Under the pieces are notes generated by a model. That model was not told the origin of the DNA, made no database searches, and worked only from the letters and a program-made list of their open reading frames with translations. A stretch of DNA of 64,000 nt from Eledone cirrhosa (lineage: Eukaryota), in assembly GCA_964016885.1 (NCBI GenBank), contig OZ024740.1, forward strand, positions 424,886,001 through 424,950,000, written 5' to 3'. The position numbers and the translations under genes are program-made. This document shows positions 41,166 through 56,139 of this stretch, in pieces (positions within the stretch are counted from its first letter, which is position 1; every line of letters starts with the position of its first letter).

Positions 41166-42180
41166 TTAGGGAGAAGTGTTTAGACGGGGTCCGTATTTGT
41201 TAATGAAGTAAGATTCCTTGCTGATGCGCTGGGTGTGGGTGGCATTATCTTTAAATTTGTAGAGGGGAAAGATTCTGAAGTTGGGATGATTTTGGGCGGC
41301 ACAGGTATCAATGTGTTCACTCAGTGGTATTTTCCTGTATTCCCGTATTTTAATTTGGGATCTATGGACAGTCATGCGTTGGCGGAGGCTGTTTTTGGTC
41401 TGGCCTATGTATTGTTCTCGACAACCTGAACAAGTTAATACATATATTAAATTTTCCGATGCACATGTGAAATTGTGTTTTACTATAAAACGTTGTCCAT
41501 CTTTGAAATAGAATTCCGAACCCTCTATTAGGTTGATGCAAATGCCACAGTTGGGTCTATCGCATTTTTTTACTGTGGGTTTCGTTGTTGTGGTTGGCAG
41601 TACTTTGGCATGTGTTAAGATGTTTTTCATTGACTTGGATTGTCTTTTGCTCTTTATGATATCGTGTGTTCGTAGAATTTGGTTCATTCTATGGTCCTTT
41701 TTCAATACAGGGATGTTCTGGAGGATGGTGTCAAAGGCCTCATTGTTGAGGGGGTTGTGTGTGGAGATGTATGGAAGAGCTTTTAGTTTTGGTTGATTTA
41801 CTTTAGGGTGTCTAAGGTCCTGGGTACTGAGTTTTAGGGCACGTTGGATTCCATTGTCAATTAGTGATGCAGGGTAGTCCCTGCCTATGAGTGTGTCCTT
41901 TAGTTCTTGTAGCCGTAAGTAGCAGATGTTTTTATTGGAGACTATAGTACAGATTCTCTTGGCTAAGTTGTAGGGAATATTAATTTTAACGTGTCTAGGG
42001 TGGCAAGAGTTGAAGGGGAGGTATTGCTTGGAGTCTGTGGGCTTGTAGTATATGTCTGTTTCTATTTTTTTGTTATGGATCTTAATGAGGATGTCGAGGA
42101 AGGGGAGTTGTTGATGGCTGTATTCCATCGTGAAGTTAATATTTGTGTTGAGCCCATTTATAAGGGTGTGAAATTCTATA
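41166..42180 (-). CDS. Penelope-like element (Neptune-type), 5'-truncated: RT thumb, Cys linker and GIY-YIG endonuclease
   Basis: LPFLD, DIYYKPTD, SCHPRH, CDRPNCGIC, LIYVLTCSGC...YIGQT..LRQRM; the frame extends upstream as IEFHTLINGLNTNINFTME. Confidence 0.9.
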
Positions 42181-42184
42181 GACT

Positions 42185-43207
42185 GCGGAAAGCAGCGTCG
42201 GCCTATGCCGACGACATAACCGTAATGGTGTCGAAAACCTCGGAAATCAGGGTAATCGGCAACCTATTACAGGAATACGAAACATTGACAGGAGCAAGAC
42301 TAAACCCAAACAAGTCTGTCGGTTTGCAACTCGGCACATGGAGTAGCAAACCCATGCCTTCCGACAGTGTCCTTGGACGCTGAACGGAAGGACCGGTGCA
42401 ATTGCTCGGGATCTGGTTCGGTCCAGACATCCAGGTGGACAAGAACTGGAACGAGGTCACGGCGAAGGTGGCGAACACTTACAGAGCGTCCGTCATCTAC
42501 TACCGCTTGACAGTCGTGCTTTGCCCCCGCGAATACCTTACCAAAATGGAACGCCTACTCTTCAAGTTCCTCTGGAAGAAACAGGCTCATTGGTGAGGAG
42601 ATCTATCTGCTGTCAACACCCTTCTAACAGAGGGCTGGGTATGCAGTGGCTGATGATGCGCAAACACGCGCTGTGGCTACGCCATCTCCAGGTATTCCTG
42701 ACCGGTGACCCGGTGTGGCTGTCATTTGTGAGACAAGCTCTTCCACAATTCGTCTCACTAACAGAGCTGCAGTCTTGGGTCAAGCAAAGACCGAAAATGG
42801 CGCCTGGCACCTCCAGTGCCTACAGGCGCTCACAGCCCTCTACCAAGCGGAAACGGCAATCAGCGGAGACTTCACTTCGACATTCTATAGGGGATTAGTG
42901 GAGAATAAATGCGACGACGTTCTCGGGGAAACTCTAGGCACCGAGGAGGACGAACTGACCAGTCTGTTCGGGAGGACTTTCCGTCCAGGGCCTATGGATA
43001 ACTTCCAGAGGTCTCTGGCCTGGCAGTGCTACCGAGGAGCTCTACAAGTTCGAGAAAAATTCAGAAAAATCTATAGGCACGGACGCCCTGGTAGAGATCC
43101 TGCCAAAAGGACCTGTCCAAGATGCGAGCATATTTTATGTAAAACCCCCGTCACGTCTTGTAAAGTCCCATTTTTGTACGCCCCTGTGGCAAATAAAGAA
43201 AGGTAAT
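42185..43207 (+). mobile_element. Decayed, 5'-truncated Tx1-like LINE copy
   Basis: SAYADD...GLQLGTW...GPMDNFQRSLAWQCYRG...CPRC, then a jump to the 3' UTR gtggcaaataaa; stops, frameshifts and deletions. Confidence 0.85.
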
Positions 43208-43330
43208 TATCTATCTATCTAACTCTCTATCCGTCTGTCTCTCCCCCTCTATCTCCATGTACATACATACACACACACATATATATATATATGTGTATAT
43301 ATATATTATATATATATATATACAGAGAGA

Positions 43331-43360
<30 letters not shown>

Positions 43361-43364
<4 letters not shown>

Positions 43365-43725
43365 AAAAAGGGATGAAATCGAAAATGCAACTGAAGTCTT
43401 CTTTTTTTTTTTTTTAAATATATATATTTATTTGGTTCCTTTACCGGTTTCGCAGTTCTTCTGCTTTTCAAAAGGTGAGTTGAGATGGAGGGTCTGTGGT
43501 TTTTCTCACATCTGTGAGAAAAACCACAGACCCTCCATCTCAACTCACCTTTTGAAAAGCAGAAGAACTGCGAAACCGGTAAAGGAACCAAATAAATATA
43601 TATATTTTAAAAAAAAATAAGACTTCAGTTGCATTTTCGATTTCATCCCTTTTTCTTTATACTTCCACTCGTGTAGGACACCTCGGTTATTTTTCATTTT
43701 GTAAAAAAAAACCTCACTTTCTAAT
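43361..43725. mobile_element. Palindromic family D element with two U3-A8 hammerheads
   Basis: Arms of about 150 bp around 43510; cctt-TTGAAAA-gcag-aagaa-ctgc-GAAA-ccg-GTA-aagg at 43548-43585 and its inverse at 43438-43475. Confidence 0.8.
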
Positions 43726-43854
43726 ATATATATATATATATATAGGAGAAAGTATGACCCCGACGGCAGAGCTCAAGCCGTTTCAACGGCTATTTCTCTA
43801 TTGAGTACTCTGGTGCGTTATTGTCCATCTGGTTCCTTACCACATTTCCTTCGT

Positions 43855-43916
<62 letters not shown>

Positions 43917-44303
43917 TGTGGAGAAAGAGGGGGCGAGACAGACAGATAAATAGAGAGATAGATAGATAGATAGATAGATATCCATCAGGATGCACCAGAT
44001 GAAGATTGCATTAATTTCGTAACATTTTTAAAATGATATTTCATGTCAATTTGTGACGCAACAGACGGAAGTGTCTCTAAGATTGGGAACTTATCAAGGA
44101 TATTCATTCCCAGAACATTCATAAAGTTGCCAGAATTTCAAACTTAGACCAATCATTCACAAAGGAAGCTGTGATAAGCTTATATACACGCATAACATAC
44201 ATTTTGTAGGTATTTTTTACATTATGCACAAATATGCGTATAATATATGTGTATATGTGCACACCCGCTCGCATATACAGGCGTATATATATATATATAT
44301 ACA

Positions 44304-44348
<45 letters not shown>

Positions 44349-44491
44349 TTGTGTGTGTATGTGTATGTATGCATAATCAGAAATATACACACATAAATAC
44401 ATGTGTACGCCGGTGCCGTGAATAGTGGTCCATTCAAATGTATACGAAAATAACTTCAGCATATACATACATATATTTCTATCCCTCTCCC

Positions 44492-44527
<36 letters not shown>

Positions 44528-44986
44528 CAATTACTATTACTATATATATATATACATAGAGAGAGAGAGAGAGAAGGAGACCATTTATATATATATATAT
44601 AGGAAAAAGTATGACCCCGACGGCAGAGCTCAAGTCGTATCCACGGCTATTTCTGGACTCAAGAGTCCAGAAATAGCCGCCGAAACAGCTTGAGCCCTGC
44701 CGTTTGGGTCATACTTTTTCCTATTTCCCAATCTACTACCCTAAGTATTGAGTACTCTGGTGCGTTATGGTCCATCTGGTTCCTTACCTCAATTCCTGGC
44801 CGACCAGGGTAGAAGATGCTGAATGTTCGGTCGCCCTCATGTCTCTGATTTGTCAGCCCCATGGATTTCGTCTATTGTATTCCTTTGTTAAATTTCAAAT
44901 ACCTGATGATGTCACCGGATTCATACTGAACCCGGTCACTGAAATGATCAAGGAAGTACACCAGTCCAGCCTCCTGTTACTTTATA

Positions 44987-45039
<53 letters not shown>

Positions 45040-45212
45040 GATATCCACGGTAAGTTGTGGGGTCCAGTCTGCATGAAGAACTCAATGTAATCCATATGTT
45101 GAAAATGTTATAGGTTAAAATAAATCCCGGAAGACAATAAAACATCAAAAGGAAAACAGAGTCATGATATAAGTTAAAACAATGAAATAAAAAATCAAGT
45201 CATTAGAAATAT

Positions 45213-45492
45213 AATTGTTTCTACGTTTGGCACAAGGCCAGCAAATACCCAGTGCATTACTGGTACTTTATTTTATCGACCCTGTAAGGATGAAAGGCAA
45301 AGTTATCCTCGGCGGGATTTGAACTCAGAATGGCAAGGACCGTAACTCTAAACGTCAAAGCATGGCGTCCGACCCTCTACCAATACTGCCAATCCACCGC
45401 CCTAACATGGCGTCCGACCCTCTACCAATACTGCCAATCCACCGCCCTAACATGGCGTCCGACCCTCTACCAATACTGCCAATCCACCGCCC
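45213..45492 (-). mobile_element. SINE, family 1, with triplicated 45-bp head
   Basis: catggcgtccgaccctctaccaatactgccaatccaccgccctaa repeated three times from 45361. Confidence 0.85.
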
Positions 45493-45779
45493 ACATTAAA
45501 AACATAATGACTTGATTTTTTCTTTCATTGTTTTAACTTATATTATATGTATATAAAGGATCGATCAACTTTCGTCAAATCGGACCGAGGAAACAATGTT
45601 TCCGTTGGTCTTTCCAGTTGCTAATACTATCTATCGGTCGCAACTCCAGGTAGAAGGAGCAACGTGAAATAAAGTGTCTTGCTCAAGGACATAACGCATC
45701 GCCCGGTCCAGGAATCGAACTCACAACCTCAAGATTGTGAATCAAATTCTCTAACCACTCAGCCACACGCCTTCACACA

Positions 45780-45818
<39 letters not shown>

Positions 45819-46045
45819 CATACATATATACATATAGTATATATATATATGATCTGATTGTTTTTTCGTTGCTTTGGTATTATGTGGCTAGGCTTGCCTG
45901 CCGCAGTTTTCAATTTGTCAAGTTATCTAACCTATGTTATTACTCTAAGGTGACACAACCTTATCGAGTGCTTTGCTGCACATTCCTCATTGTATATTAG
46001 CTTGGCCACAGCCAAAACTTCGATTTTACTAAACTTCCATTTGTG

Positions 46046-46251
<206 letters not shown>

Positions 46252-46332
46252 AATGAAAAGAGAGAAATTAATGAGAGCAAGAAGACAACAGTATTTCATA
46301 ATATATGAGTGACTATAACGTCAAGATGGAAA

Positions 46333-46955
<623 letters not shown>

Positions 46956-46979
46956 ATATATATATATATATATATATAT

Positions 46980-47073
<94 letters not shown>

Positions 47074-47109
47074 TTATATATATATGTATACATACATACA
47101 TACACACAC

Positions 47110-47164
<55 letters not shown>

Positions 47165-47299
47165 AATGCCATAAAGTAAGAGATACACCAAATGCAATTT
47201 ACTGCAATAATTAAGCAACAACAGTCATTGTATAGTTTATATAAAGAACTAAATGTGAAATATGATTTATATAAGGTTAAGATAAGATTATATATGTAT

Positions 47300-50150
47300 A
47301 CATACTCATATACACCCACTCTCACACATATATATATATACACCCACTCTCACACATATATATATACACCCACTCTCTCACATATATATACACCTACTCT
47401 CTCACATACTCATATACACCCACTCTCTCACATATATATATATACACACACTCTCACACATATATATATATACACCCACTCTCACACACATATATATACA
47501 CCCACTCTCACACATATATATATATACACCTACTCTCACACACATATATATACACCCACTCTCACACATATATATATATATACACCTACTCTCACACACA
47601 TATATATACACCCACTCTCACACACATATATATATACACCCACTCTCACACATACTCATACACACCCACTCTACAACATACTCATATACACCCACTCTAC
47701 AACATACTCATATACACCCACTCTACAACATACTCATATTCACCCACTCTCTCACATACTCATATACACCCACTCTCTCACATACTCATATACACCCACT
47801 CTCACACATACTCATATACACCCACTCTCTCACATACTCATATACACCCAATCTCTCACATACTCATATACACCCACTCTCACACATACTCATATACACC
47901 CACTCTCTCACATATATATACACCCACTCTCACACATACTCATATACATCCACTCTACAACATACTCATATACATCCACTCTCACACATACTCATATACA
48001 CCCACTCTCTCACATATATATACACCCACTATCTCACATATATATATATACACCCACTCTCACACATACTCATATACACCCACTCTCACACATACTCATA
48101 TACACCCACTCTCACACATACTAATATACACCCACTCTCACATATACTCATATACACCCACTCTACAACATACTCATATACACCCACTCTACAACATACT
48201 CATATACACCCACTCTCACACATATATATATACACCCACTCTCTCACATATATATACACCTACTCTCTCACATACTCATATACACCCACTCTCACACATA
48301 CTAATATACACCCACTCTCACATATACTCATATACACCCACTCTCTCATATATATACACCCACTCTCATACATATATATATACACCCACGCTCACACATA
48401 CTCATATACACCCACTCTCACACATATATATATATACACCCACTCTCACACATATATATATACACCCACTCTCACATATATATATATACACCCACTCTCT
48501 CACATATATATACACCTACTCTCTCACATACTCATATACACCCACTCTCTCACATATATATACACCCACTCTCACACATACTCATATACACCCACTCTCT
48601 CACATATATATACACCCACTCTCTCACATACTCATATACACCCACTCTCTCACATACTCATATACACCCACTCTCACACATACTCATATACACCCACTCT
48701 CTCACATATATATATACACCCACTCTCACACATATATATATACACCCACTCTCACACACATATATATATACACCTACTCTCACACACATATATATACACC
48801 CACTCTCACACACATATATATATACACCCACTCTCACACATACTCATATACACCCACTCTCACACATACTCATATACACCCACTCTCTCATACTCATATA
48901 CACCCACTCTCTCACATACTCATATACACCCACTCTCACACATACTCATATACACCCACTCTCTCACATATATATACACCCACTCTCACACATACTCATA
49001 TACATCCACTCTACAACATACTCATATACACCCACTCTCACACATACTCATATACACCCACTCTCACACATACTCATATACACCCACTCTCTCACATACT
49101 CATATACACCCACTCTCTCACATACTCATATACACCCACTCTCACACATACTCATATACACCCACTCTCTCACATATATATACACCCACTCTCACACATA
49201 CTCATATACATCCACTCTACAACATACTCATATACACCCACTCTCACACATACTCATATACACCCACTCTCACACATACTCATATACACACACTCTCTCA
49301 CATACTCATATACACCCACTCTCTCACATACTCATATACACCCACTCTCTCACATACTCATATACACCCACTCTCACACATACTCATATACACCCACTCT
49401 CTCACATATATATACACCCACTCTCTCACATATATATACACCCACTATCTCACATATATATATATACACCCACTCTCACACATACTCATATACACCCACT
49501 CTCACACATACTCATATACACCCACTCTCACACATACTAATATACACCCACTCTCACATATACTCATATACACCCACTCTCTCATATATATACACCCACT
49601 CTCATACATATATATATACACCCACGCTCACACATACTCATATACACCCACTCTCACACATACTCATATACACCCACTCTCTCACACATATATATATATA
49701 CACCCACTCTCTCACATATATATATATATACACCCACTGTCTCACATATATATACACCCACTCTCTCACATATATATACACCTACTCTCTCACATATATA
49801 TACACCCACTCTCTCACATACTCTTATACACCCACTCTGTCACACATGTATATATACACCCACTCTCACACATACTCTTATACATACACTCTCTCACATA
49901 TATATATATATACACCCACTCTCTCACACATATATATATATATACACCCACTCTCTCACACATATATATATAGACCCACTCTCATACATACTCATATACA
50001 CCCACTCTCTCACACATATATATATATATACACCCACTCTCTCACACACATATATATACACCCACTCTCACACATACTCATATACATACACTCTCTCACA
50101 CTCATACACATACTCACATACATACACTCTCTCACACATATACACCCACT
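47300..50150. repeat. About 2.8-kb degenerate minisatellite, unit about 22-28 bp (catatacacccactctcacacatact)
   Basis: Read directly; explains ORF 47192..48124. Confidence 0.95.
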
Positions 50151-50739
50151 CTCTATCGCGTACATACACACACTCTCTCTCATACACACACATATACATA
50201 TATATACAGGTATGTGAACCCTCTTACACATATATACACACATATATATATACACAGGTATGTGTACCCTCTCTCACACACATATACACACACACATATA
50301 TATACACGTATGTGAACCCTCTCAAACCATATACACACATATATATATATACACACATATATATATATACACAGGTATGTGAACCCTCACACATACACAC
50401 ACATATATATATGTGTGTGTATGTGTGTGTGTATATGTGTGTGAGAGAGGGTACACATACCTGTATATATATATGTGTGTGTGTATGTGTGTATGTGTGT
50501 GTGTATGTGTGTATGTGTAAGTGTTAGTTTCCATTTCAAAACCTAAATTACTTTTCATTTTATTTTTAATCGATTTTATTTATTTCTGTTTCATGTTTTT
50601 AATGAAAATGTGGGAGAGTTTTCCCTGTTGGGAGTGCGGGTGGGTGGGGGATGTGTATATCGACCACTTTACTGTGTTGTGTATATATATATATATGTGT
50701 GTGTGTATTATATATGTTATATATCATATATGTATATAT

Positions 50740-50928
50740 AATTGTTTCTACTTTTGGCACAAGGCCAGCAATTTACCAGTACATTACTGGTACTTTATTT
50801 TATCGACCCCGTAAGGATGAAAGGCAAAGTTAACCTCGACGGGATTTGAACTCAGACCGTAAAGGGACGTAACTATGCTGGAAAGCATGGCGTCCGACTC
50901 TCTACCGATACTGCCAATCCACCGCCCT
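50740..50928 (-). mobile_element. SINE, family 1
   Basis: Same body and B-box. Confidence 0.85.
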
Positions 50929-51116
50929 ATATGTATATATAATATATGTTACTTTGGTCACTGCGGCTCGTCTATCGGTCGCTGTCTTCAATTTGCAAAG
51001 CTGTCTAAACGTAATGTTATAACTCTAAGGTAAAATACCTTATTGAGTGCTTAGCTGCACACCCCGACTGCATTCGTTAGCTTGGCTGCAACCAGAGCTT
51101 AGATGATGCTGTACTA

Positions 51117-51172
<56 letters not shown>

Positions 51173-51218
51173 ATAATAATAAATTTGAAGACTAAAATCC
51201 TTAAACTTTAATCTGTTA

Positions 51219-51291
<73 letters not shown>

Positions 51292-51305
51292 ATATTATAT
51301 ATATA

Positions 51306-51770
51306 TAAGAGTGGGAAATGAAATTTCGTTTCATTTTTTCCGTTTATCGTTTTCGGTGCACCCGGCCGATTAACCCACTCGATATGCAAATTGGGCTACT
51401 CAGCCGTTAATATGCATAAGGTAAGTATACACGTTCAACAATCTGGCAGGAAGGTATACGTTGCTGATGATAGCTAATAAGCTTGAAACTAGTACAGCGT
51501 TCCTTTGTCAGTGTTGAACAAACGAGCAACGATGGTTGTTAGACACTACGGCTTAATACGGGATGATTGTTTACAAACACACCGAGCATTATAATAAATG
51601 TTCGGTGAATCCATACGTACATATATATATGTGTGCATGTATGTATATATATGTATACATACTACTGTACGTCTGTATACATATATCTATCTACGTGTAC
51701 ATACTTATATTTAAGTAACAGCCGTACTAAGAGTGAGAAATGAAATTTCGTTTAATTTTTTCCGTTTATA
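51306..51770 (+). mobile_element. Family E element, permuted relative to the 17 kb copy; hammerhead at 51458-51500
   Basis: acgttg-CTGATGA-t-agct-aata-agct-t-GAAA-cta-GTA-cagcgt; terminal direct repeat 51306/51728. Confidence 0.85.
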
Positions 51771-51780
51771 TATCATATAT

Positions 51781-51835
<55 letters not shown>

Positions 51836-51905
51836 CGGAACAAGTAAACATTAAACAATCTTTTAAGTAAATTAAAATACGATTTAAATATTTACCTCTT
51901 CTATA

Positions 51906-51984
51906 GCCATGACCGACGGTTTCGCTATATAAAGATTGGAAATTCAGAGAATTTCCAATGGAAAGATATAGCTCTTCAGATAGC
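51906..51984 (-). ncRNA. Family F hammerhead with extended stem II
   Basis: gctat-CTGAAGA-gctata-tctttcc-attggaaatt-ctctg-aatttccaat-cttta-tatagc-GAAA-ccgtcg-GTC-atggc. Confidence 0.8.
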
Positions 51985-52256
51985 TTTTCCAAATCTACTA
52001 GACATAAGTCCGTATAGATGTAGATATATCACCCTCTGCCCAGTGAATGAATCAAGCCGTTAAAACGACCGACACACTTATTGGACCGCTAGAAAAAGCG
52101 GGAATTATAGACTCGCTGATATTTCATGCTGTTAGAAATAACAGCATGATACAGCATTTTTTTCTCTACATTAAGGAGAATTAGATAAATGATGTAGATG
52201 TCCCAGTAGGTACTAGGTACCCACGGAAATATATATGGTGTCTATAATAGTGGTTG

Positions 52257-52305
<49 letters not shown>

Positions 52306-52848
52306 GAAGAGAGAAGAAACATTTAGATATAATTAGTAATAAAATGTATCATACCTAAACTGCTCCTAAATTCCTCGACTACGTAGTTTCGTGGCATAAA
52401 CAAAAACAATACATCATAAAGATATAGAGTCCCTGCGAGGTCTGCCGACTTATCAAGAGGATACCTCATTTTACTAGTCTCAAGAACGCGTCTACACGAC
52501 GTGAGAAAGAATCCCAAAAGGCGGAGGGGGAGACAGTCACGCGATATAACGGTCGAGAAACAGAGCTAAGCCTGTTATAACCCCGAAGAAAATACCACGG
52601 AGGCGGAGGGGGTATTTATATCGAAGCCGTAGAAGAGGTGGTGAAGGAGACGAGAAGTATGAGTAATGGAAGCTTTCCAGCAGTCCCCACACTTCAAAGA
52701 TTGCTCGACCAGAGGGAGTTATTAACAATATATTTAGAAACACACAGATACAAGTATATGTGTGTGTCCGCATGTATCTGTGTGTTTCTAAATATATATA
52801 TATGTGTGTGTGTATATATTATATATATATATATTATATATCATATAT

Positions 52849-52911
<63 letters not shown>

Positions 52912-52954
52912 GAGAAGAAAGAAGAATACTGCGTGGTTTGTACATGGGTTACAT

Positions 52955-53590
52955 ATGATAAAAATAGTCCTTCGTCAGTGATTTTCCAACCATCATTGGT
53001 ATTTCATCGCATTAAAAATCAGATACCTCAGGTTGGTGCGAGCAATAATCTAAAAAAAGTTATTGGGACCAGTAATCGCGTAAAGCGAAGGGGACAAGTG
53101 AACAACATAGAAGGATAAAAACAAACCAAAGAAAGGAAATAAACAAGCAACATGGTAGTCCTGGTCAGCATAAGCTGGGTGGATTTCATGAGCGAAAAGT
53201 ATAGACGTCCGACCTGAGTGAGATGTAAGCAAGAAGAGAGGCCCACTGTTAGCCAAACGGGAGGAAGTGAGAAGGGGAGAAACAGAGAGTGAGTGAGTGG
53301 AAGTGTGAGGAAGAGGTCAGTCGAGAGAAAGTGTAACTGACAGAGGGGGCGAAAGAAGGTGAGAGAAACAGAGAGAGAGCGGGGAAGCAGTAAGAGAGAA
53401 ACAGACAAACGCAGCCGAGGTAAATATATATAAAAAACATTCACTTGTCCCCCTCGCTTTACGCGATTACTGGTCCCAATAACTTTTTTTAGATTATTGC
53501 TCGCACCAACCTGAGGTATCTAATTTTTAATGCGATGAAATACCAATGATTGTTGGAATATCACTGACGAAGGACTATTTTTATCATATA
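52955..53590. mobile_element. Family O element with about 150-bp terminal inverted arms
   Basis: 52955-53103 is the reverse complement of 53440-53588; both ends carry atca-CTGACGA-aggac. Confidence 0.7.
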
Positions 53591-53653
53591 TATATATATA
53601 TATATGGCCTCCGCCGGATGGCTGGAACAGGTAAAAGAAAAAGTAAAATAATA

Positions 53654-53838
53654 ATTGTTTCTACTTTTGGCACAAGGCCAGCAATTACCCAATGTATTAC
53701 TGGTACTTTATTTTATCGAGCCCGTAAGGATGAAAGGCAAAGTTAACCTCCGCGGTTTTAGAACTCAGAGTGGCAAACGCCGTAACTCTATGCGACAAAG
53801 CATGGCGTCCGACCGTCTACCGATACTGCCAATCCACC
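53654..53838 (-). mobile_element. SINE, family 1
   Basis: Same body. Confidence 0.8.
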
Positions 53839-53903
53839 GAAAAAGTAAAAGAATAATGCCATTTAAGTTAGTTTGATTGTATATATATACATTATAGTTA
53901 GTT

Positions 53904-54112
<209 letters not shown>

Positions 54113-54352
54113 GATAAATCTACCAAGAGTTTACGGTAGTGTCCAATCCGTATGAAGAACTCAATGTAGTCCGGATATCATGGAAAGAAGAGATGCAATG
54201 AAAAATCACTTTCGGTGAAAGATAAACGGAATACAGAGTCAAGATAAAATATTAAAAAAATAATGAATAAAACAATGAAACAGTTCCTTATATTAAACAA
54301 AAACAGTTCCTTATATTAAACAAAAAAAGTTCATTATATTAAACAAAAAAAG

Positions 54353-54418
<66 letters not shown>

Positions 54419-54465
54419 GTGTGTGTGTGTGTGTATTTGTTTGTAATATTCATTAACAGAGGAGT

Positions 54466-55522
54466 GGGTAGAATCGGTAGAGCATCGGATAAAATACGAT
54501 TCTGGTATATATTCTGACTCTTTATACTCTCAGTTCAAACCCCATCGAGTGCCTTTCACCCTTCTGGGGTCGATAAAATAAAATATCAATCAAGTATTGG
54601 GTTTGACTTAACCAATGTTGCTTTTTCCCTAAATATTCTGGCCTCATGTCAATACTAGCAATCAATATTCATTAGCAGAATCGATATCGTGAGAGATGAA
54701 ATGCTTTGCTATATTTAGTTGAATAACCTTTATGTTCTGAGATGAAATAGAGCTAAGGTCCGTCGTCTTTGTCTTCCATTCCTCCAGAATCAATTTTATC
54801 AATTATTTCCCATTGCTCAAATGTGAGGCCTAGTGTCTCTGTTAGCAATTAATATTGAATGTAATTGATCAATTAAAATTAAAGAGATTCACCAGGCCTA
54901 AATGTATTTCGGTTTCGTTTTTGTGAGTTTAGTGGACTATAGCAACTTCAACTAAAGAGTATTCACTATAAATGTATTTATAGAAATTAAATCATTTCTT
55001 ATAGTTAAGAAAAGCAGACATTTTATTAAGTAGAGAAAATATGAAGGGACATATCTGAACTAGTTAATTAAGTGAATGTTCAACCTATTTAACTCCTAAC
55101 TGGAAAGGCTATTATAATTCTGCAGTGAGAAAGAAAGGACATCAATTTGGCAGTATCGGTAGAGTGGCGGATACCATGCTTTGCAGCATACAATTACGTC
55201 TCTTTGCCTTCTGAGTTCAATCCCGCCGAGGTTACCTTTGCTTTTCATACTTACGGGCTAGATAAAATAAAGTACCTGTAACGCACTGGGATTGGGTTAA
55301 CTGACTTTCCCCTCCTCCAAATTGTTGGCCTTGTGTCTTAATCAGAAATCATATTTGTCTTCATTCGGACGCCATGCTTTCCAGCATAGTTACGTCCCTT
55401 TACGATCTGAGTTCAAATCCCGCCGAGGTTGACTTTGCCTTTCATCCTTACGGGGTCGATAAAATAAAGTACCAGTAATGCACTGGGTATTTGCTGGCCT
55501 TGTGCCTAAAGTAGAAACAATT
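54466..55522 (+). mobile_element. Three family-1 SINE copies (54466-54660 diverged, 55147-55350, 55365-55522)
   Basis: gagttcaa(a)tccc B-box and gataaaataaagtacc body. Confidence 0.7.
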
Positions 55523-55884
55523 ATATTACTGTATTCATTCAGCATGATTGAAAAAAAACAACTCCATAGATGTTCAAGCCCTATTCTTCTTTCATCAGTA
55601 AAGCCTAACCTGCTCTACATCGTACTAGCCGAAGTAGTAATATAGGTATGACTAAGTGTGTGTGTGACAGCTGACACCTATGCAGGTTTAGCTGGCCTCC
55701 TCCAAGGTATATCTCGTTGGAGGTGTCTTGGGTGATTTAATGATAGGGACCTCAGTCCTATTATCTCATTTCTACAGCTGAGTAAACTGGAGCAACGTGA
55801 AATAAAGTGTCTTGCTCAAGGAAACAACACATCACGCGGTCCGAGACTTGAACTCACAAACTTTCGATTGAAACTAATGAAAGA

Positions 55885-55940
<56 letters not shown>

Positions 55941-56139
55941 TTCGTTTCTGAATTTGTTTAGCAAGATTCTTTATCTGAAATCGTGTGTTGAAACCGATAT
56001 TGTTATACTTTGGGAGGGTCATGTTGCCAATAAGAAACACACGCACCAGTAGTTTCACTTCAATTTATTATAAATTAAATTTATAAATTTAGGAATTTAT
56101 AAATTTCCGGTTGGTTGGTTGGTTCCACAACCAGACGAT

